The position numbers were made by a program, and so were the translations under genes. This document shows positions 29,997 through 40,400 of a stretch of DNA of 64,000 nucleotides, piece by piece (position 1 is the first letter of the stretch; every line of letters starts with the position of its first letter). Origin of the DNA: Candidatus Omnitrophota bacterium (GTDB lineage Bacteria > Omnitrophota > Gorgyraeia > Duberdicusellales > 4484-171); contig WJJJ01000021.1 of the NCBI GenBank assembly GCA_014729775.1, forward strand, positions 24,788-88,787, given 5' to 3'. The notes below the pieces were generated by a model. That model was not told where the DNA came from. It saw nothing but the letters and a program-made list of their open reading frames with translations, and did no database searches.

Positions 29997-31078
29997 CGCC
30001 TCACCACCTGCCGCTTGGGATCATACACGTCCCGCAGCCCGTCGCCGAGCAGGTTATAGGCCATGACCGTAAGAAAAATAAACACGCCGGGAATGAGCAC
30101 CCAGGGATGAAACCGAATCTGCGATACCGCCATGGCTTCCGACAGCAAATTGCCCCAGCTGGCATACGGATCCTGAATGCCCAGGCCGAGCAGGCTGAGC
30201 GCCGATTCACCGAGGATGTATCCCGGCACCGAAATCGATGCGGCCACGACCACATAGGAAAACGTGTGCGGCAGGATATGGCGGAAAATAATTTTCATTC
30301 GTGGCACCCCCAGCGTACGCGCCGCGAGCACGAACTCCCGCTCCCTGAGTGAAATCGCCATCCCGCGCACGACCCGGGCAATTCCCGGCCAGCCGATGAA
30401 CGACATGATGAATACAATCATAAAATACATCTGAACCGAATTCAGCGAATACGAAAATACACTGCGCAGCGCCAGCATCAAATAAAATCCCGGGATCACC
30501 ATAAGTATTTCGCTGACGCGCATGAGCAGCGTATCGGTCCTTCCTCCGAAATACCCGGAAATCCCGCCCACGGTCAAGCCGATCACCAGAGAAATAGCCA
30601 CACCGACCAGCCCGATCGAAAGCGAGATCTGCCCTCCGTAGAGAACGCGGGAGAACAGATCCCGTCCGCGGGAATCGGCGCCCCATAGATACAGCCGCGC
30701 GTCACCTTCCACGCCGAACAAATGGATCCGTGAGGGAAACACACCGAACAGCCGGTATTGGTCTCCCCGGACCAGCAGCCGGACCGGGTATCTGATAGTG
30801 GTATCCTCGACGTAGACCCGGTTGTAATATTCATCGAAGGTAAACGAAGTTTTGTAAATAAACGGCCAGCGCAGATGTCCCTCCTCATCTATCATGCGGA
30901 TCTTCGTCGGAGGCGCGTAACTGGCGGCGCGGTCCTCGTGATCGAAATGATACGGCGCCAGGAACCCGGCGAACAACGCGCTCATATAGAGCGCCGCCAG
31001 CACCCACAGTGAGATCATCGCCAGAGGATGATGCCGCAATTTGCGCAGCCTGCCTTTTTTCAGCGTTTGCTGTGTCAT
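29993..31078 (-). CDS. Oligopeptide ABC permease (OppC/DppC-like)
   Basis: GADSRGRDLFSR, REREFVLAARTLG..RHILP and ESALSLLGLG..SWG. Start taken at ATG 31078. Confidence 0.9.
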   Translation of the reverse strand: MTQQTLKKGRLRKLRHHPLAMISLWVLAALYMSALFAGFLAPYHFDHEDRAASYAPPTKIRMIDEEGHLRWPFIYKTSFTFDEYYNRVYVEDTTIRYPVRLLVRGDQYRLFGVFPSRIHLFGVEGDARLYLWGADSRGRDLFSRVLYGGQISLSIGLVGVAISLVIGLTVGGISGYFGGRTDTLLMRVSEILMVIPGFYLMLALRSVFSYSLNSVQMYFMIVFIMSFIGWPGIARVVRGMAISLREREFVLAARTLGVPRMKIIFRHILPHTFSYVVVAASISVPGYILGESALSLLGLGIQDPYASWGNLLSEAMAVSQIRFHPWVLIPGVFIFLTVMAYNLLGDGLRDVYDPKRQVVRR

Positions 31079-31089
31079 GATCGTAGGTA

Positions 31090-32055
31090 TTACCTGTATT
31101 GAATACGCGGATCCACCCACACCAGCAGGATATCCGCGATCAAATAGCCCAAAATCAGGAGAAAACCGGTCATCAGCAGATCTCCGGCGAATAAAAACAC
31201 ATCCTGGGTCCGCACCGCTTCCAGCATCAGCGAACCCAGCCCGGGCCAGCTGCAAATGATCTCGGTAAGCGCCGCTCCGCTGAGCAACCCCGAAAGCGCG
31301 CCTCCAAAGATCGTCACCATCGGATTGATCGCGTTGCGTACCGCGTGCAGGTAGATCACCCGGTGCTCGGGGAGTCCCTTTGCCCGCGCTGCGGTCACAT
31401 ATTGACTGCGCAGGACCTCCAGCATATTACCCCGCATCAGCCGCTGCAGTCCGGCGATACCGGCAGTGCCGATCACGACGGTAGGAATGACCAGGTGCTT
31501 TGCCACGTCCAGGCACTTGCCCCACCAGGACATCTGTGCATATCCAAGCGAATGCATCCCGCCGGTCGGAAGGATGCCGGTCACCGAAGCCAGGTACAAC
31601 AACAGCAGCGCGAAGAAGAAATTCGGGATCGAAAGCCCGATAAAGGACAAAAAAGAAAATATCTTATCTCCCAGTTTATACTGGTGGACCGCGCAGTAAA
31701 TCCCCAGGGGCAGTGCGATCAGCCAGCTGAACAGCAAAACCGACAGTGCGAGAATGAAGGTGTTCCACAACCGCAGCTTCAGCAGTTCGAATACCGGGAT
31801 GTTATAGGCGAACGAATACCCGAAATCAAGCCGAACCACGTTCCCCAGCCAGTACAGATACTGCGTAACCACGTCTTCGTTCAAATGGTATTTTTCCTCA
31901 TACATCTGGATGGTTTCTTCGGATACCTGGGGGTTCTGGCGAAGCTGATCGAAATAATTTCCCGGAGCCAAATTCACCGCCATAAACCCCAAGAAACTCA
32001 TGACCAGCAACAACGGAATGAAAAATAAAAAGCGGCGGATGATATAGTTAGTCAT
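31090..32055 (-). CDS. Oligopeptide ABC permease (OppB/DppB-like)
   Basis: YIIRR, DFGYS, YVTAARAKGL..HAVRNA, WPGLG and DPRI. Confidence 0.9.
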   Translation of the reverse strand: MTNYIIRRFLFFIPLLLVMSFLGFMAVNLAPGNYFDQLRQNPQVSEETIQMYEEKYHLNEDVVTQYLYWLGNVVRLDFGYSFAYNIPVFELLKLRLWNTFILALSVLLFSWLIALPLGIYCAVHQYKLGDKIFSFLSFIGLSIPNFFFALLLLYLASVTGILPTGGMHSLGYAQMSWWGKCLDVAKHLVIPTVVIGTAGIAGLQRLMRGNMLEVLRSQYVTAARAKGLPEHRVIYLHAVRNAINPMVTIFGGALSGLLSGAALTEIICSWPGLGSLMLEAVRTQDVFLFAGDLLMTGFLLILGYLIADILLVWVDPRIQYR

Positions 32056-32067
32056 GATTCATGCTTA

Positions 32068-32102
32068 TAAGAAGTAGGAAGCAAGATACAAGAAGTAAAG
32101 AA
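32068..32102. repeat. Heptamer-periodic repeat, left arm of an imperfect inverted repeat
   Basis: ATAAGAAGTAGGAAGCAAGATACAAGAAGTAAAGA, similar to the reverse complement of 32520-32553. Confidence 0.7.
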
Positions 32103-32507
32103 TCAATCCCGTTTATCAAAATTTTGCCAACGTTTCATCAAAGAAAAAAGCATCGCTCCTATTTTATTATATTGGTCGAGGAAACTCTTATGCTCTTCCT
32201 CGGCTATATACAGACAATCCCTAGCAAAATCTAACCATACTTTAGTCTCTTCACACGATCCATTCGCATCATTAAGATGCCTGATAAAGACATTCTTATA
32301 TTTACGTTTTGCCCAACCTTCAGCAATATTCACTGGAATCGAACGCGTTGACCTCCTCAACTGATCAGTTAACGAATAAGTCTCTTCTTTAGGAAACCGC
32401 TTAGAAACTACAAAAATCTGTTTAGCGGCAAGAAAAGAAACCTGGTAGACGACTAAATCTTTATAAGTTGTAATAATTCTTTTTGTATTGAGCGTTGGCC
32501 CTCCCAC
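32103..32507 (-). CDS. Four-helix-bundle protein (23S rRNA IVS-protein/TIGR02436-like)
   Basis: YKDLVVYQ, FPKEETYSLTDQLRRSTRSIPVNIAEGW and ANGSCEET; visibly AT-rich. Start uncertain (32507 or about 32490). Confidence 0.88.
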   Translation of the reverse strand: MGGPTLNTKRIITTYKDLVVYQVSFLAAKQIFVVSKRFPKEETYSLTDQLRRSTRSIPVNIAEGWAKRKYKNVFIRHLNDANGSCEETKVWLDFARDCLYIAEEEHKSFLDQYNKIGAMLFSLMKRWQNFDKRD

Positions 32508-32519
32508 CTTAATTGTATA

Positions 32520-32553
32520 TCTTATTTCTTGCTTTTTGTTTCTTACTTCTTAT
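32520..32553. repeat. Heptamer-periodic repeat, right arm of an imperfect inverted repeat
   Basis: TCTTATTTCTTGCTTTTTGTTTCTTACTTCTTAT; its reverse complement is ATAAGAAGTAAGAAACAAAAAGCAAGAAATAAGA. Confidence 0.7.
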
Positions 32554-34247
32554 CGCCCAATATATATCTCTTCCAGATTGTGAAACGCGCCGCCGTACGG
32601 CGTGGGGTTGAGATTGCCGAATTTATTACGCACGGCAAAGATGTTCATGGGCAGGACGGTATAGATGAACGGCTGCTGCTCGGCCACGATCACCTGCCAG
32701 CGGTCGTAAAGTTCTTTGCGTTTTTCACGGTCAAGTGTCTGAACGCCCTGGTCGAATATGCGGTCGATCTCCGCCTCCCACTCGGTTGCCGGATGCGGCT
32801 GGTGAGGATACCACATGTGCAGATGCCCGCTGGACTGCCAGACGTTATTGCCGAAGTGCGGTTCGATCCCCCCGGTCAGTCCCAGTATCACCGCGTCCCA
32901 GTCGTAGGTTGAATCAAGCTTGCTGATCAGCTGATTGAACGCCAGCGGCACGAAATTAATTTTAAACCCCAGCGCTTCCATGTCCTTACGCAGAATATTG
33001 GCGATCTGGATCCGCTGGGTGTTTTCGGCGTTGGTGAACAGATTAAAGCGAATTTCACGTCCCTGCTCGTCTTCGGCAATCCCGTCCTGATCACGGTCAA
33101 AGATCCCGATCTCCTTCAGCAACTGTCTGGCCCGCGGGAGGTTATACTCGTTCCTGGGCACGTTGGGGTTGTAGAAATAGCCGCTGGAGGGACTCATCGG
33201 CGAATACTGGGGCACGCCGAGTCCGTTCATGACGATATTCACCAGCGACTGCTTGTCGATCGCGTGAGCCAGCGCCCGCCGGAAGTTCACGTCGGTGAAC
33301 CATTCCAGTTTGGCCTCCGACACATAGGGATTGCCCGTCTCGGGATTCACGCCCCGGTTCTGATTCAGCACTAAAAAGTTGGAACCGAACGCCGGGCCGG
33401 TTTCATATACGGTAAAATTCCCCCGGCGTTCCTTGGGCTTGAGGATCGGGTAATCCTGCCCCCGTACCGACAGATAATCGATCTGTCCCTCCTGAAATTT
33501 GAGCATGGCCACGTCCCCGTTCTGTACGATCACATAGACCACCCGCCGCAAATAGGGCAGACGGCTGCCGTCGGCATCCTCTTTCCAGTAGCGGGGATTC
33601 CGTTTCATGATGACCCGTTCTCCCGGCACGTATTTCTCAAGCAGAAACGGCCCGGTACCGACAATATCCTGGGGACCGGTATTAAGCCCCCAATGATAAC
33701 TGAATTTCCCTTCTTTTACCACCTGCGCCAGACGGTGCTCAGGAAGAATCTCCTGGCTCATACTGCGCAAAAACGGCGCGAACTTGCCCGGCAGAACAAA
33801 CCGCACGGTGTACGCATCAATTGTTTCCACGACAAACGGCTCACCTTCAATCGAAAAAATATCACGGGAACTGGTAGGAATATCGGGATTATAGATAAGT
33901 TTATTAAAGGTAAACACCACATCCTCGCTGGTGAACGGCTCGCCGTCGGACCACACCACGTCTTCGCGCAGATGAAAGGTCCAGATCTTTCCGTCCTCAC
34001 TCACCTCCCAGGACTGGGCCAGATTGGGCTCAACTTCGAGCGTCACCCCATTGGTCGTAGTCAGCCCTTCGAAGATAAGATTGGTGATCGCGGTCGTCGA
34101 GGTCTCCTTTGCGACGATCGGATTGAACGATTTGGGATCACTGAGCGCCGATAGTACCAGCTGCCCGCCGTGCCGGTCGACGGCAAAACCCCGGCCGAAG
34201 GCGGCCGCGAAAAAAAACACACCCAAAAACAACCTGAGAATCTTCAT
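32550..34247 (-). CDS. Peptide ABC transporter substrate-binding protein (family 5)
   Basis: Signal peptide, DPKSFNP, PNLAQSWEVSEDG..WTFHLR..WSDG.PFT.EDV.FT, VGTGPF and FRRALAHAIDK. Confidence 0.92.
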   Translation of the reverse strand: MKILRLFLGVFFFAAAFGRGFAVDRHGGQLVLSALSDPKSFNPIVAKETSTTAITNLIFEGLTTTNGVTLEVEPNLAQSWEVSEDGKIWTFHLREDVVWSDGEPFTSEDVVFTFNKLIYNPDIPTSSRDIFSIEGEPFVVETIDAYTVRFVLPGKFAPFLRSMSQEILPEHRLAQVVKEGKFSYHWGLNTGPQDIVGTGPFLLEKYVPGERVIMKRNPRYWKEDADGSRLPYLRRVVYVIVQNGDVAMLKFQEGQIDYLSVRGQDYPILKPKERRGNFTVYETGPAFGSNFLVLNQNRGVNPETGNPYVSEAKLEWFTDVNFRRALAHAIDKQSLVNIVMNGLGVPQYSPMSPSSGYFYNPNVPRNEYNLPRARQLLKEIGIFDRDQDGIAEDEQGREIRFNLFTNAENTQRIQIANILRKDMEALGFKINFVPLAFNQLISKLDSTYDWDAVILGLTGGIEPHFGNNVWQSSGHLHMWYPHQPHPATEWEAEIDRIFDQGVQTLDREKRKELYDRWQVIVAEQQPFIYTVLPMNIFAVRNKFGNLNPTPYGGAFHNLEEIYIGR

Positions 34248-34280
34248 ATGATACCTTCCTTTTTTATTCAATGAAACCAT

Positions 34281-34309
34281 ATTATACCTGATTGGATGGG
34301 GAAAATAAA
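34281..34309 (-). promoter_or_regulatory. Putative sigma70 promoter of the peptide ABC operon
   Basis: TTTATT-17 bp-TATAAT (34286-34281), upstream of the AGGAAGG SD and ATG 34247. Confidence 0.5.
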
Positions 34310-34427
34310 GGGAATGGGTGAGCTCTTTTATCCGGGACGATAGAGCCTTCCCAGACGGCGCGCGTTAAGCCGATCCGGCTCCTGGGCTGGGACTTTTCGC
34401 TCCGCACGCAATATTCGCGCAGAACCC

Positions 34428-37400
34428 TCATCGTTTTCTTTTTCTGGATCTTCCGGACCTGCTTTTCCGCTTTTTCGCCGATAATGCCGGTTGATCCGGA
34501 CGGTCGCGTTGATGCCCTTTCTGCGCGGAAGAGAATCGCGCTCTCAGCGTCCGTTTCAAGAACAAACCGGCACAATACGCGCCGAAGAGTACCGCGCCTG
34601 TCTGCAGGACCAGAGCAAAGGTACTCTGAGGACGAACAGAGACGCCCAGACGTTCAAGCGCTCTGGCGACTTCTTCGCTGGCAGCGCCGTTATCCGGAGA
34701 ATAAAGGATCGCCTTCTCGTAATCGTTTCTGGATTTCTTTTTCTGACCGAGAGCGGCATAAGTCAGACTGCGATGAAAGTACAGCTGGGCATCTGCGGGC
34801 GCGATGGAAAGAGCTTGGTCAAACAGAGCAAGCGCGCGCCCGTAGTGTCCAAGCTCACGAAGGATAACAGCCCGGCACCGCAACCCTTCAAGTGAGCGCG
34901 CGTAAACGGTATCATATTCGCACGCCCGTTCATGATCAGCCAGCGCCGCTGGCAGGTCTTCCTCGACCAGATAATAGTAGCCGGCGCGAAGCACATAAGC
35001 CTGTGCTGAATAGGGATTCATCTCCAGCGCCTTATTGATATCGCTGATCGCCAGATCGTACCGCCCGGACTTACAGCGGACTTGAGCACGGTCAACCAGT
35101 ATCTGGTCATTAAGGGTGTCATGTTCAAGCGCGGCGTCGAAAAGCGCTATGGCCCGCTTGAAGGCGGACGGCCCTCCGTCCGCCAGGACCCGTTTCGCGT
35201 ATGACTGCAGACTCAGGCTCACCAGGGTCCTTTGACCCCCGAGACGAGCCATCCGGTAAAAACGCGCGAAGGGCGCATCATTACGCACCCGCAGATGATT
35301 TGCTTCCTGAAAAAAGAACTCCTCGAAATCAAAGTTCGCTTGAGCAACGCCGGTACCGGCCGCCGCATCGCAGTAGGAAAATCTTCGCGCTCCCTTTACG
35401 AGAACGGCGACATGGGAAATATCAAACGCCTCCTGATCGGCGCCGCCGGCCCTTCGCTGGGTATGTTCGTAGAGCTCTATTGGCACCGCTTTTATTTTAA
35501 GTGTTCGCAGAAGGTAATACAGCAAGATATTCATGCTTACACAATTACCGGTCTTCTCGAAGGCGAGCGCGCGCAGGCTGAACACACCAATGTCATAGCG
35601 GTATTTCTCCCTGATTGCTCCGGCGATCTCGCTGGCCGTCCTGAACACATCTTCTTCGACCCTATGCTGCCGTGACTGCGCCTGCCATATCCGCAGCATT
35701 GACCGGCCCTGCGCGTCTTTCCAGTCCGCCACGTCAGCCGCTATTCTCTCGGCCACTTCCCGGGGACGCCGGTCGCCGGCCGCCCGGCAATGCCAGTGAA
35801 TGCCGGCCTGCAGTGCCTGCGCCACAGATGTCTGCCCGTCACCCGCGGCAAAAGAAGACGGCGCCAACGCCAGCAGCGCCAACATTCCGGTTGTCGCCGA
35901 AAGGAAATACCTGCGCGAAGCCGTCTTCTCCCGCACACTGCCTCCCGGTGCTCCAGCGGGAGCGCGCATAGTTACGGGAGGGTGTACCGCCGAGGAAGCA
36001 GCAGGATTCACCTCGCAGTCGGCGGCCGGATAGACCATCATATAACGGTATCCCTGCAGTCGCAAAACCGATAATTCCCGAACCAGTGGCGTTCCGTGAT
36101 GTGAATCGATCACTTTCGCCTGCCAACGCCCGTTCCGGCATTTTAATCCCGGCACAAAATACGACTTATATGCCTGCGCAGCGATGAGCGCGGCATCTCC
36201 GTCCAGGACCGAACTGAACTGCTGCTGCCAAAACCGGTGATCGATCACCTCCCGTCCCAGAAGGATCTCCATTTTCCTCGGCCGGGCCAGCCGGCTCACC
36301 ACCGGCTGACTTATGCGGAGAAATCCATTCTCATCCAGGGTAAGATCACCCAATGCGTCCAACTCACACAGAATATCTTCTTCGGTTTCATTCCGGTATA
36401 CCTGCCGGTGCGGCAAAATCACCTGCCAGAAACTGAACGCGTGGATCAATGACCGCAGAAGACAGCCTTCAACCCGGGGATAATGGCTGTAAGGTTGGCC
36501 GGTGTACGTTTGTTTCGCCCATCCGTTGACCGGGGTGATATCATAATATTTTGTTTTGAAATCCACTGCCCCGGGAGCGCTTGCGGATTTCGATCCGCCT
36601 CCCTGTCCCTCTCGGAACAAATCTTTTCCCTGCGGGCGAAAGATGTGCGTGTCTTCCGGGAGACGAGTTTCTTTATTGAGATTTTGTTCGGACACACGCA
36701 CTATCCATTCGGGGATATCGGTTGTCACGTCTGTATCCGCCGCATTGATCCGCGGACGGCCTTGGAACAGAAAAGGCAAACGCAGCCCTGATACTAATTT
36801 TGGAGAAGCCGTGTACACCGTGCCGGCACACCCTTGCGCCGTGTACATAAATCCCTTCTGTAAGCGGATGACGGTACCCGGAGCAAGCACCTCCCGGCGG
36901 GAACGGCTCACCTGATAGGTATGATTTTCCAGATAGGTCACACTCACCGTATCCACCTGATTATACGTATGCGGATGCCGGATATTCAACGCGGGAGAAA
37001 CCGGTTCACTCAACCAGCGCGGGTCATCGGTCGAGAAAGGTTCCTGTTCGAAAGGGGTCACGTCCTCCGCGAAAAATTTACGGAATACATGAGCATTATG
37101 GATAAAAGGAGTGGATACCTTTACATTCCTGATACGCAGCATACGCGCCCATTTCACGATCCAGGACAACACGGCCTGACTGATCCCAAGATTAAGATAG
37201 CGGCGGTCCTGGGGAGTGCGCCAGACAGTACCGATAGGATAGTATTGCGTTATCTCCAGAGAACGATCAGCATACACCGCAGCCACTACCCGGCGCCGTC
37301 GTTCCGCTTCACCGTTAATCACGGTACGCGCGGTCAACGTCATCACCGGCCACTCAGAATTCCCGTACTTTGGAGTGGTCATGACAATTGACAAACCGAC

Positions 37401-40400
37401 TCCCGGACGCTCTCCCTCCGGTTCTACAAGAGGGATCTCATTATCCGTATCCGCCGGAGATGATGAAGCCTGATCCGTTACGGACCGCGGCGGGGCCTCT
37501 TGCCTTCTGACACGACGCAACCACGCATCAATCCAGTAGATCAGGATCCCCGACCAGAGAATTCCCATATTCGCAGCGATTAACACAATGTATTCAGGGA
37601 AAAACGCCCAGCCCAGAGACAGCCCGCTCGCCCAGAATACCCCGTTACCCGCGTAAAGACGGAGGAAATCCTTCACGGTTTCTTTAAATTCAATATCCGA
37701 CCGATCTTTCCGCACCAGATATTTATGGATGGCAAAATTCGCGGGCAGTCCCACTACCGCTGCGAAAAGCGTGATATCAAGAAACACCTTCCAGAACACG
37801 CCGGGAACAAACGCGGTAAGGAACCCGTACCATGCCCCGAATACGACTATTCCCACGTATAGTCCCCCGAACAGGCTCCAGCGGCCGATCGCCGGCCAGT
37901 CTATCCGTTCGCCCCTGACGGTCTGGTTCATGTACATACCGCACCCCCGGGACACCCCTCCGACCACCGTCTTGATCCCAAGCGCGGCATAAAACCCGGA
38001 CTGAACCGCCGCAATATACCAATGACCGAAAAAGACCGAAAGCAAAACCGCTACGGCCGGGATCCCGGCAAGCACCCCCCACCGGAGATAGCGGCGCATA
38101 CGCGCCGTGAACTGGGCCTGTCGAGTGAACTTCTCCTCGGCCGGACTCGAAACACTCCCGTTTCCACTGGAATGATGAGAATCGTTGACCTCCGCATTTC
38201 TCTCCCGCTGACGCTGCCGGGCACGATCCGTGATCGCCAGCGTCGCGCAGCGCTTAAGCAACGTCACGTCAGTGGCAAAACACAGTTCGGTACGATACCC
38301 GTTGCGCCCGTATAACAACCCGATAAGCCCGCCCTGCAGGTCGAACACCGGCGCTCCGCTAAATCCTTTTTCGGCCCCTTGCGCTTCGATAATCAGCATT
38401 GCCGTCGGTTCCACCCGCCGCGCCGTGCCCCGGATCAACTGGAAGTTGCGGTAATTCGCATGCGGCGCTCCCGGTATGACTACCGGTACCCCTTCATGCT
38501 GTGAGGCGATTGGAAACGTACGGCGGGAATAAGAGGCAAACCGCCGCAAAGGAGTAAAAACATTCTCGGGATAACTGGCTTTCCGTATCCGCAATAATCC
38601 TATGTCAGGATATTTCTGGCTGGCCGTGACTTCACCCCACAACCGCCCTCTGTCGTTTTTCACCAATAATCGAGAAAGTTCGGAATAAAGCACATGAGCG
38701 GCACTGGCAACATAGTAAAAATCGCTGTCTTCATCGAATATAAAACCCGTGCCTCCGCCGAACCATGTGGTCTCATCCTCTCCATGCGTATGTCTCACGA
38801 CAACAGGTTTGCGGACGACCACAAGATTCTCGGCGATGAGTCTCAGCCGTTCATCGGAAATATGATGAAGCTTTTGGGAACTATACGCGGACAATCTCTC
38901 ATAGAGAAAACCGTCGCCCCCCTGCCGACGGCCGCGGGTGCCGCGTTCCCTGCCCGCAGGAGAACCGGCCGCGGTGCCAAACTGTGCATTCGCCGGACGT
39001 CCGTTTGTCACCCGGTAAATATCGCACGTAGAGCAATAACTTACCATGCAATGGTACTTCTCCACCCCCATGACCGGATCCGGCACCGGTAACCCAAAAT
39101 GGTACCGGCCGCCGCTTCTCAATATCTCCTCTACTATATCCACAGGAACGCCGGAAACCGGATCACGCGCTACCTCTTCCCGATTCCACAATATCGCTAC
39201 GCCGCCGGGAAAAAGGAGATACGCAAGTCCCTTCGCCAAACGGCGCAACGAGATCTTGCCCACGTCGCCGTCCCAACATGACTCAAAGGTAGCGCCGCCC
39301 AACTTTCTCTCTTTCAAATATTCATAGACAAAAAACCGCAAATTTCGGCTTTCTGCCACAGCCTCCGGGATCTCGCCGGGCAGCACGTAAGGCATATTCC
39401 AGTTTACAGCGTCAAACCGCAATCCGGGAAACCGGGACTCGCCGTCCGGAGAAACGATATTGTCGGCGATCATCGCCTTGATCTCAAACCCGACGAGCTT
39501 CGCCGTATAGCGGGCGTTTGCGATCTCCATGGGATTGATACCGAGAGTATATTGTGTTTGTCCCGTTTTCAAATACATCAGCCAAAGCTCAAGCCCGGTC
39601 CCCGGACCGACCGTCAACACCCTGCTGCCGCGATGTATCCTTTTCTCCTCCCACAACATCCGATAATATTCCTGGTCCGCGTCGCTGTTTAACGACGGTG
39701 AATATACGGTGGGATATACGGGGGTAATAAGAGAATGCACCCGATCGGACTTTGCCTTATCAACGGCTCTGGTGTTCACCACCCACCCATTTCCGCCGAG
39801 CTGAAACAGACCATCCGTTTCCCACGCGCCGGTATCGCGGTCAATGCGGGCGACCACATACGGCAGCTGGCCATTACCCGGCCGTATCTCGCGGACCCCC
39901 TCCCGCAGCTTCGCGGTCGAGAAATCCTGAATAAATTCCGAATTACCCCGAGCTTCCTCCAGGAACGCTTCACAATGCTGAATTAAACCGGGATCATGAA
40001 GCTCCGGTATAGTAAAATAAAAATAACTCAGGTTCAGATATCTGGGATGTATTTCATCCAGTTTATCCATGCTTTGCAAAATATCCGAAGGAATCACCGG
40101 AAAAACCGCGACAAGCCGTCCTTGCTGATTATATAAAAGATCCACTTCTTCCAGAACGAATGCGTAAGGAACTACCAAAATATGCTTCAACACCTCTTGC
40201 CCCACACAGGCTCCCGCCGGCGAATCATGACTATCCGGCAGACGGACGCGCCGGTACCCGATCCCTTCGCGATGATGCGCCGCATTTCGCAACCCTAAGA
40301 AAAATAACAGGTCTGCCGCGACTGCCTCGCGAGCGGCGCTCTCCTGCGCACCGGATGAGTTGCGAAGATCGCTATCGGACTCCCCCGTTTCTCCCACATA

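Noticed and set aside
32103-32507. Diversity-generating retroelement suggested by the bAvd-like fold
   Set aside because: No reverse transcriptase or TR/VR pair was seen in the window.
34320-34350. Hairpin GAGCTCT...AGAGC upstream of the peptide ABC operon as a riboswitch or terminator
   Set aside because: Short imperfect stem, no U-tract, and no riboswitch consensus that I recognise; an Rfam search would be needed.
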